Below are positions 56,851 to 64,000 of a stretch of 64,000 nucleotides of DNA, one piece after another. Every line of letters starts with the position of its first letter. Position 1 is the stretch's first letter. This DNA is from Otoolea sp. (GTDB lineage: Bacteria; Bacillota; Clostridia; Lachnospirales; Lachnospiraceae), in NCBI GenBank assembly GCA_050875065.1, contig JBNMLY010000002.1:2529-66528 (forward strand), in the 5' to 3' direction. Under the pieces are notes generated by a model, which did no database searches, was not told the origin of the DNA, and saw only the letters and a list, made by a program, of their open reading frames with translations. A program made the position numbers and the translations under genes.

Positions 56851-57036
56851 GAGAAGAAAACAGCAGCGGCAGATTTTCTCCACCAGCGTCTCCGTTATCA
56901 TTGTTCGCTTGCTTTCGCTACATATGTTCGCCTGTGACGGACTGACATCCGTCCCATTCGGACATATGGCGTGGGATGCGTACAATCGATAAACGGAACG
57001 CCCGTTCCAAAAATCCACCGCTGCCGTTTTCTTCTC
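56851..57036 (-). repeat. ~186-bp nested imperfect palindrome downstream of aroE
   Basis: 27-bp terminal arms with three mismatches, plus nested stems. Confidence 0.8.
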
Positions 57037-57048
57037 TCACTTCAAGCT

Positions 57049-57918
57049 CTATTTTGTAAAGTACTTTTCCTTTATAATCTCCACCGGCATCTCCTGACCC
57101 GTCCAGAGTTTGAAGGATGCGGCTCCCTGGTAGAGAAGCATATACATGCCGTTGCTGGTCTTGCAGCCTGCCGCCTTTGCCTCGCGCAGTAAGCGGGTTT
57201 CCTGCGGATTGTAGATGACATCAAATACGAACAGGTCTTTGTGGAACATGGTCGTATCGGTGATGATCGTGTTGTCGGTCTTCGGAGCCATGCCGACGGA
57301 GGTGCCGTTTACCAGAATCGCGCTCTCTTCGATGGACTGGCGCAGAACTTCCGGATCGGAGTAGTCATGCAGCGTCACCTTGCACTCGGTACGCTCGTTC
57401 AGCTTCTTTACAATCTCCTCGGCTCTCGGGTAAAACGCATCTTTTACATTGAATACGTTGATTTCTGCCACACCGTCCAAGGCTGCCTGCACAAGAATCG
57501 CGGTAGCAGCGCCGCCGGCACCCAGAAGCGTCATTTTCTTTCCGATGATATCGACGCCGTTCTCTGCAACTGCACGCATAAATCCGACACCGTCCGTTGT
57601 GTAGGCCGTCAGGACGCCGTCATCATTGACGATCGTATTGCAGGCACCGGAAATCTCAGAAGCCGGAGAAACCTTATCTGCCAGCTTACACATGATGTTC
57701 TTGCCCGGCATCGTGATGTTCCAGCCGCGCGCGCCCATGGTCCGCAGTCCTTCGACTGCCTGCGACATCTTCTCTTCCGGCACATCAAATGCCAGATATG
57801 TATAGTCCAGTCCTAACTGATTGCACGCCTCGTTGTGCATCTCCGGTGAAACACTGTGTGCAACCGGACTTCCCAGTAAACAAAGTAATCCTGTATGTCC
57901 TGTGATATGATTTGACAT
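57049..57918 (-). CDS. aroE: Shikimate/quinate dehydrogenase (YdiB-like)
   Basis: G.PV.HS.SP.MHN, NITMP.K, TDG.G, LGAGGAA, NGT.VGM, D.IYNP, G..ML..Q. Confidence 0.92.
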   Translation of the reverse strand: MSNHITGHTGLLCLLGSPVAHSVSPEMHNEACNQLGLDYTYLAFDVPEEKMSQAVEGLRTMGARGWNITMPGKNIMCKLADKVSPASEISGACNTIVNDDGVLTAYTTDGVGFMRAVAENGVDIIGKKMTLLGAGGAATAILVQAALDGVAEINVFNVKDAFYPRAEEIVKKLNERTECKVTLHDYSDPEVLRQSIEESAILVNGTSVGMAPKTDNTIITDTTMFHKDLFVFDVIYNPQETRLLREAKAAGCKTSNGMYMLLYQGAASFKLWTGQEMPVEIIKEKYFTK

Positions 57919-58042
57919 TTTTCTTCCCCTTTCGTTTTCTCTGTCAGATCTTTACCTGACTGATTTTGAATCCCCGGAACCATTCTTTCCGGGAGACAAA
58001 TCTATACGTTTTCCATGTACGTGAAACTATTACGCAGTCACA

Positions 58043-58831
58043 TTATTTAAATTTCTTCACCTGTGCAATGATCTCCTCGCAGATCTCGTTCGCCGATTTT
58101 CCATCGGTCGCGATCACGATATCCGCGGCCGCCTCATAGGCCGGTCTGCGCTTCTCCATCAGTTCGGAAATGTATTCCACCGTCTTATTATTTTCCAGAA
58201 GCGGACGATCGTGGTTTTCCTTGACACGTTCCAGAATTGTCTCCGGTTTCGCGGTCAGAAGTACGACCTTGCCGCTCTTCTTCATCTCCTGGACATTGAC
58301 TTCGCGCATCGCCACACCGCCGCCGCAGGATACGATCTTATTCTTCTCTTTTCCTACTTCTTTCAGCAGGTTTGTCTCTTCATTGCGGAAATATTCTTCG
58401 CCGTGCAGGTCAAAAATCTCCGAAATACTCATGCCGTTTTTCTTCGCAATCATCTCGTCCATCTCGAGCACATCCATCGCAAAGGTATTCTGCAGGGCAC
58501 TTGAAACGGTGCTTTTTCCTACTCCCATAAATCCAATCAGGAAGATATTGAACCCAAACAGCTCATGGGACTGAATCCGTTTGCTCCGGTAGAGGACACT
58601 GTCGTACACTGCCATGATTGACTTTTTGTATTCATAATCATCCAGCTTCGCAAGCATCTTGCTCTTCTTGCGCTCTTCCTCCTCTGGCTGATAAATCGGA
58701 AGTCCGTTTTTCTGTTTATAATTTGTAATTTCCTGGATAATCTGGCAGCGCATCCGCAGGGCGTCGATCAGAATCTCGTCGCACATGTCCAGATCATTTC
58801 GCAGCTTCTTTAATTCATCCATCTGTATCAT
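58043..58831 (-). CDS. aroK: Chorismate-mutase-like (AroQ) domain fused to shikimate kinase
   Basis: LR..LD..D..L...L..R N-terminus; IGFMG.GKST, GE.YFR..E, CGGG, RPLL. Confidence 0.88.
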   Translation of the reverse strand: MIQMDELKKLRNDLDMCDEILIDALRMRCQIIQEITNYKQKNGLPIYQPEEEERKKSKMLAKLDDYEYKKSIMAVYDSVLYRSKRIQSHELFGFNIFLIGFMGVGKSTVSSALQNTFAMDVLEMDEMIAKKNGMSISEIFDLHGEEYFRNEETNLLKEVGKEKNKIVSCGGGVAMREVNVQEMKKSGKVVLLTAKPETILERVKENHDRPLLENNKTVEYISELMEKRRPAYEAAADIVIATDGKSANEICEEIIAQVKKFK

Positions 58832-58888
58832 CCTTCTTCACTTGTATTCATTCAAATCACTTTTGCACTTTACATTGCAAGTGTGTTT

Positions 58889-58921
58889 TATTATTATACC
58901 CGAATCAGGATATGAACGCAA
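58889..58921 (-). promoter_or_regulatory. sigmaA promoter for the CM-aroK/aroE genes
   Basis: TTGCGT-17-TATAAT on the minus strand. Confidence 0.6.
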
Positions 58922-58961
58922 GTGCTAATGCGGAATAGCAGGTATAACTGTGGTGGATAGA

Positions 58962-59093
58962 TTACTGTTCACAGGTAGGCACTTTTGGAACCGAAAGTGC
59001 CGTAAGATAACGTGGTGGTAGCAGGAATTTGCCGTATTCAAATGCGAAGCCACGGCAAATTCCGTTACTGGGCACGTATGCGTGAACAGTAAC
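58962..59093 (+). mobile_element. MITE-like structured repeat, complete copy 3, with terminal inverted repeats and a putative target duplication
   Basis: TTACTGTTCAC/GTGAACAGTAA ends; GTGGATAGA direct repeat at 58953-58961 and 59094-59102. Confidence 0.65.
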
Positions 59094-59239
59094 GTGGATA
59101 GAATAACAAATTGCCACGCAAGCACCCACGCAGACTTTTTGTTTTATGACTGCATATTTTTCACACAATCATAAACAAGAAAATCCTGCGGCGCACTCAC
59201 GCGGCAATTCCCTATGCCCGAAGCGGGCTATATCGTTTT

Positions 59240-60127
59240 TTAGATTCCCAGCTTCTCCTTCATGTAATCCACCGGAGTTGATTTGCCTGTATACAGCTCA
59301 ATCGCAATCAGCGCCTGGAACAGCATCATGCTCATACCATTGTATACGCGGGTACAGCCAGCTTCTTTGGCCTGTTTCATCATCACGGTTTCACGCGGTG
59401 CATATACCGTATCGGTTACGATCAGGTCCTTGCGGAAATAGGACGGATCCGGGATATTGGACAGATCCTCCAGCGGGTGCATACCAACGCCGGTTGCATC
59501 ACAGAAAATGTCCGCTTCGTGCATTTTCTCTTTTAAGAGCGCCAGATCGCCCAGGTCGTGCATCTCGGCCTTGCAGTTAGAGTTCTTGTTGATGATATCA
59601 ACGATCTCCTCGCCGCGTGCATAGAATTTATCTTTGATATTGAAGATATGCAGCTCTGCAATGCCGTCCAGCGCGCCGCGTACTGCGATGGCGGTTGCCG
59701 CACCGCCGGTACCGATGAGAACCATCTTCATTCCCTTGAAATCGATGCCTTCTTCTTTGATTCCCTGCCAGTAGCCCATTCCGTCGGTGTTGTAGCCCTT
59801 CAGGTATCCGGTTACCTTGCCGTCCTTATCACGGGTGTTGACCACGGTGTTGATCGCGCCGCACAGCTTTGCAGCCTCGTCTACCTCGTCCAGATATTTG
59901 TGAACAACCGTCTTGTTCGGCATGGAAATGTTGGAACCCAGCATCTTCAGCGCACGGATACTCTCAACCGCTGCTTCCAGGGTATCGTTGTCTACCTCGA
60001 ATGCAAGCTGGATGACATCGTCGCCGTTCTTGTCATAAGCAAGGTTGTGGGTGGTCGGAGACTGTGTGTGGCGGATCGGGTAAGCCATTAATCCTACTAA
60101 TTCGGTATGTCCTGTAATGTTTGGCAT
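59240..60127 (-). CDS. Second shikimate/quinate dehydrogenase (YdiB-like)
   Basis: PI.H..SP..HN, NISMPNK, NTDG.G, IGTGGAA, TGVGM. Confidence 0.9.
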   Translation of the reverse strand: MPNITGHTELVGLMAYPIRHTQSPTTHNLAYDKNGDDVIQLAFEVDNDTLEAAVESIRALKMLGSNISMPNKTVVHKYLDEVDEAAKLCGAINTVVNTRDKDGKVTGYLKGYNTDGMGYWQGIKEEGIDFKGMKMVLIGTGGAATAIAVRGALDGIAELHIFNIKDKFYARGEEIVDIINKNSNCKAEMHDLGDLALLKEKMHEADIFCDATGVGMHPLEDLSNIPDPSYFRKDLIVTDTVYAPRETVMMKQAKEAGCTRVYNGMSMMLFQALIAIELYTGKSTPVDYMKEKLGI

Positions 60128-60296
60128 GATAATTTCCTCTTTTCTTCTCTATTTTCTATAATAAAAATAATATCTTTCGTTAAGCGAACCGTCGGAATCT
60201 TTCAAATGTAATATTCTATTTCCACTGTCCGCTGTTTCATTTTTTAACAATATTTAAAATCGGAACGTCTATATAAATCTATATAACTTCAATCCC

Positions 60297-62318
60297 TTAC
60301 TCTAACGGAGCCAGCTCCAGAAATCCTCTCGCTTCCAGCACGTTCAAGATCGCACGGCCTTCCATCGTTCCCTCCATGATACGACGGGCGCGGACGGAGT
60401 CACCGATCGGGTAAACGAAGGTGTCTGTATTGTCAAACGCCTCTTCGAGTTGTGCCAGAATCGGATTATTGGCGCGCATTCCCAGGCAGTTAAAGCCGAG
60501 ATCAAAGTTCAGATCCTCGATGGTGCCGTCCGGCAGCTTCACGGTAAATGCGTTTTCTTTGACTTCCTGCAGTGCGGTATTTACATACTCTTTCACACCA
60601 TATTTGTCGTGTGTCTCACGCATGGAACATTTCGTGATCGGGTCTGCCAGCATACCAATCTGCGGAAGCATATCTACGATCGTACATTTTGCGCCGCGCG
60701 GTGCAAAGTATTCGATGACGTCCAGACCGACGGAACCGCCGCCGACTACCACCACTTTTTTGCCCTTGCAGAAATCATCCGGGTATTCACCGGCTTTTAC
60801 TTTCTGAATCATCTCGAAAATGGTATCGACATGGCCGGCTGCGATATTTTCCTTTAAGCCCTTGATCGGCGGAACGACCGGAACGGAACCGGTTGCATTG
60901 ACAACGATATCCGGCTTAAACTGTTTGATCTTGTCCACGGTTGCCTCACAGTTCAGGAAGACATACAGGTTTTTCAGTCTCTTTGCACGCGCCTCCAGGT
61001 ATTTCGGGAAGTCTTTCATACGGCTCTTGCTCGGAAGGTCGGAGATGAAGGTGGAAAGTCCGCCTAATTTACCGCTTTTTTCTAATAAGAATACGTTGCA
61101 TCCGACCTCGGCTGCCGTACAGGCTGCTTCCAGACCGGCTGTACCGCCGCCGACTACGACTACGTTACAATTTTTATTGACTTTCAGCTTCTTGTAGATA
61201 TCGCCCTCCGGAACCGCCGGGTTGACGGTACAGCGGATCGGACGGTTGACGCCGATTCGGTTGCCCGCACAGCCGACGTTACAGGAGATACATTTACGAA
61301 GAATCTCTTCCTCGCCGTTCTGTACCTTGCTGACCCAGTTCGGCTCTGCGATCAGGCCGCGCCCCATGCCGACGATATCGACATCGCCGCTCTCTAAAAC
61401 CTTCTCGACAACCTCTGGATCGCGGTAGTTGCCCGCATTGATGACCGGTTTGCCAAATTTATCCTTCACGGCTCTTGCCATATAAGAACGCCAGCCATCC
61501 GGCAGGAAGTTGGAGTCGATCTGATACTGTAAGGACGGGTTCAGACCGCAGGATACATCGTACATATCCACATATTCATCCAGATATTCGAGGTATTCCA
61601 GCGTATCTTCCAGCGTATTTCCGCCCGGTACGCGCTCTTCCGCAGAAATACGGACGATGATCGGGAACCACGGACCTACATTTTTCCGCACCTCTTCCAG
61701 AACCATCTTCGGGAAACGGAGACGATTCTCAACCGAGCCGCCGAACTCATCGGTTCTTTTGTTGTAATACGGGGAAATAAACTGACTCATCAGATAAGAA
61801 TGACCACAGTGGATCTCAATCGCATCAAATCCGATCGCCTGTACACGTTTCGCCGCCTCGCCGTATTTCTTCACGGTCGTCAGGATCTCTTCCTTTGTCA
61901 TCGGACGCGGAATCTCACCGCCTGCCTTGGTCGGGATATTGGAGGAAGACACAGTCTCCATACCGGTTCTGGCAGAGGATGCAGAAGCGCCCGCATGGTT
62001 GACCTGAATCGCTACCATCGCGCCGTTCTTATGAAGGTTCTCGACTAACTGATAGTAACGCGGCATAAAGCTGTCGTGATCGATGCGGATCTGGCTCGTG
62101 CCGTTGGAACCAGCCGGATATTCAATATTGGCATTCTCCAAAATAATCAGGCCGGTTCCTCCCTTGGCACGCAGGGAATAATAATTCATATGGCGGCTGC
62201 TCATCTCACCGCTCGTCTCGCCATAGTTGGTACCCATCGGCGTCATGGCAATCCGGTTTTTGATCGTCATGTGCTTAATGGTAATCGGTTCAAAAATTTT
62301 CGGGTATTTGCTCTTCAT
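60297..62318 (-). CDS. NADH:flavin oxidoreductase (Old Yellow Enzyme plus FAD domain, BaiCD/H-like)
   Basis: KNRI.M.PM, EIH..H.YL..QF.SP..N.RTDEFGGS..NR, CISCN.GC...C.VNP Fe-S motif, VGGG.AGLEAA. Confidence 0.92.
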   Translation of the reverse strand: MKSKYPKIFEPITIKHMTIKNRIAMTPMGTNYGETSGEMSSRHMNYYSLRAKGGTGLIILENANIEYPAGSNGTSQIRIDHDSFMPRYYQLVENLHKNGAMVAIQVNHAGASASSARTGMETVSSSNIPTKAGGEIPRPMTKEEILTTVKKYGEAAKRVQAIGFDAIEIHCGHSYLMSQFISPYYNKRTDEFGGSVENRLRFPKMVLEEVRKNVGPWFPIIVRISAEERVPGGNTLEDTLEYLEYLDEYVDMYDVSCGLNPSLQYQIDSNFLPDGWRSYMARAVKDKFGKPVINAGNYRDPEVVEKVLESGDVDIVGMGRGLIAEPNWVSKVQNGEEEILRKCISCNVGCAGNRIGVNRPIRCTVNPAVPEGDIYKKLKVNKNCNVVVVGGGTAGLEAACTAAEVGCNVFLLEKSGKLGGLSTFISDLPSKSRMKDFPKYLEARAKRLKNLYVFLNCEATVDKIKQFKPDIVVNATGSVPVVPPIKGLKENIAAGHVDTIFEMIQKVKAGEYPDDFCKGKKVVVVGGGSVGLDVIEYFAPRGAKCTIVDMLPQIGMLADPITKCSMRETHDKYGVKEYVNTALQEVKENAFTVKLPDGTIEDLNFDLGFNCLGMRANNPILAQLEEAFDNTDTFVYPIGDSVRARRIMEGTMEGRAILNVLEARGFLELAPLE

Positions 62319-62390
62319 GATGAAATTCTCCTTCTCCATTGCATGAGAGGCATCCCTGTGTTTGTGACACGTTTATCATAACCGTTTTGC

Positions 62391-63347
62391 TTAAAAATTA
62401 ACAATATCTTTCAAGTAAATTTTCAATACGTTTTTGGTATCGGTTTCCCGCTCCGCCTGCAGGCCGTCCTGGCGGGCCTGCTGCTTCATATATTCGATGA
62501 AGCGGTCCACGGCCGGAAGCCGATAGCGGTCTTTCATCCAGAACATAAAAATCTGGTGATAAATGTCCAGATTTTCAATCGGATGAATGCTGACTCCCGG
62601 GGAAAGCTCCAGGATATCCGTGCGCGGCATCAGCGCGATGCCAAAGCTCTCCCGCACCAGTGCGACAATCGAATACTCGTCCGGGCACTCCACGATGATA
62701 TCCGGCTGGATGTTATATTTTGCATAGAGAGCAGAAGTGCGCGTTCCCATCCAGGAATCCTTATCATAGCCGATCACCGGATAACGGTTCAGCTCCGTAA
62801 GCGCAATCCTCTCCCGTTCCGCCAGCGGATGATCCTTCGGCGTGATGATGACAAGCTTCTGGTTCGCCACCGGGAAAAATTCCATGTCGTCCTTTTCCAG
62901 ACAGCCGCCAAAGCCTACATCTAATTCACCCGTTTTTACCTTCTTGGCAATCGCCGGTGTATGGTTCTGCCAGAAGTTGAACACAACCTTCTGATTCTCC
63001 GGGCGCTCCAAAAAGAGCTTGACCCGGTGCGGGATATAGTGACCGGCCAGCGGGAACACGTAACCGATGTCGATTTTTCCCCCGTCCATCGAAATCTCCC
63101 GCATTTTCCCGACTGCAATGTGGCAGTCTGTGAGAATCCGGTCCGCATACTCTAAAAACATCCGTCCCGCCTTCGTCAGCGTCACGCCGCGCCCTTCTTT
63201 TTCAAAGAGCGTCACGCCCAGCTCATTTTCCAGTGACGCCATCGACCGGCTCAGGGATGGCTGTGATATATATAATTCTTCCGCCGCCTGGTGGTAATTT
63301 TCCAGATTCGCGACCTTCTGAAAATATAAAATCTGATTGAACGTCAT
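62391..63347 (-). CDS. LysR family transcriptional regulator
   Basis: AAE.LYISQPSLSR....LE.ELG..LF. Confidence 0.95.
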   Translation of the reverse strand: MTFNQILYFQKVANLENYHQAAEELYISQPSLSRSMASLENELGVTLFEKEGRGVTLTKAGRMFLEYADRILTDCHIAVGKMREISMDGGKIDIGYVFPLAGHYIPHRVKLFLERPENQKVVFNFWQNHTPAIAKKVKTGELDVGFGGCLEKDDMEFFPVANQKLVIITPKDHPLAERERIALTELNRYPVIGYDKDSWMGTRTSALYAKYNIQPDIIVECPDEYSIVALVRESFGIALMPRTDILELSPGVSIHPIENLDIYHQIFMFWMKDRYRLPAVDRFIEYMKQQARQDGLQAERETDTKNVLKIYLKDIVNF

Positions 63348-63613
63348 TCCTAACTTCTCCCATCTTTATGTGTCATTACCATATTTATAGCACATTAATA
63401 CTTAAAATGCATTGGTTTTTTGCTATAAAAGTATTAGACTTCGGCTATAATGATTGATAGAATAAAAGCATCAGACTTGTTATTTTTTTAACACTCAAAA
63501 CAGAACTTTTATGATCGGCATCTCCTTCGTGTTTGTGACAGAACATCAACCAACCTCCGCGCGGTTTCCGGAAACGGCAGCCGGACAGGCGGATCTTGAA
63601 TAAGGAGAAAACC

Positions 63614-64000
63614 ATGAACAAGAAATACCTGCCAAGTGCACTTATCATGTACTTAAACTACTTTATCCATGGCGTCGGCTGTTCCATTCTCGGACAGGCC
63701 GTCATCAAAGAAGCGCTTGCCGCTGCCTGGGGCGTCGAGGCGATGGCGATCACCGCGATTTCCGCCGCATTAGGACTCGGACGTCTGATTGCCCTTCCAT
63801 TTGCCGGACCTCTGTCTGACAAGCTGGGACGCCGCATCTCGACCGCTATCGGAAGTGCCTCCTACGCGGTTTACCTGATTGGACTTGCCTTCGCATTCAG
63901 CGCCGGACAAAACGGCGGCTACCAGATTGCTTATGTATGTGCAATCATCGGAGGTATCTCTAACTCATTCCTGGATACCGGTATCTACCCGGCGGTTGCC
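63614..64000 (+). CDS. MFS transporter, YdiM/YdiN-like, truncated by the window end
   Basis: Own translation MNKKYLPSALIMYLNYFIHGVG...GPLSDKLGRR; AAGGAG RBS; open to the end of the window. Confidence 0.85.
   Translation, partial: MNKKYLPSALIMYLNYFIHGVGCSILGQAVIKEALAAAWGVEAMAITAISAALGLGRLIALPFAGPLSDKLGRRISTAIGSASYAVYLIGLAFAFSAGQNGGYQIAYVCAIIGGISNSFLDTGIYPAVA

Noticed and set aside
60297-62318. bai (bile acid 7-dehydroxylation) operon
   Set aside because: Only the OYE family is shared, and the neighbours are shikimate/quinate genes.

Overview
A 64-kb chromosomal window from a Firmicute, probably Lachnospiraceae/Clostridia (inferred from gene content, GGAGG ribosome-binding sites, a CIRCE element and a sporulation gene). 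Housekeeping genes include an RluA-family pseudouridine synthase, yhaM, mutS2, an OmpR/HK pair, glyA, fprA, rpiB and clpB. About 9-25 kb is an array of mostly minus-strand accessory genes. It is interrupted by an ~8.6-kb integrative mobilizable element (10607-19254) with a 12-bp direct repeat, a MobA/MobL relaxase, an oriT, an excisionase, MarR+MFS cargo and an integrase broken by one TGA. The window also holds a peptide/nickel ABC operon with larB-larC-larE but no larA, a U32/UbiV-like pair, a yybP-ykoY riboswitch with its P-type ATPase, and a quinate/shikimate (Qui-like) cluster. The most interesting unannotated signals are: (1) a modular dispersed hairpin repeat (CACT-T-NNN-GA...GA-NNN-T-AGTG) with covariation and built-in TGnTATAAT motifs at four loci; (2) palindromic ACAAAT-N4-ATTTGT-like sites and a shared terminator module at accessory-gene junctions, one of which is the element's insertion site (cassette-like array); (3) a ~130-bp structured MITE-like repeat in three copies; (4) a dense DnaA-box cluster inside the RluA coding sequence; and (5) the orphan U32/UbiV-like Fe-S pair. 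No rRNA, tRNA or CRISPR array was seen. All calls were made by eye, without database searches.
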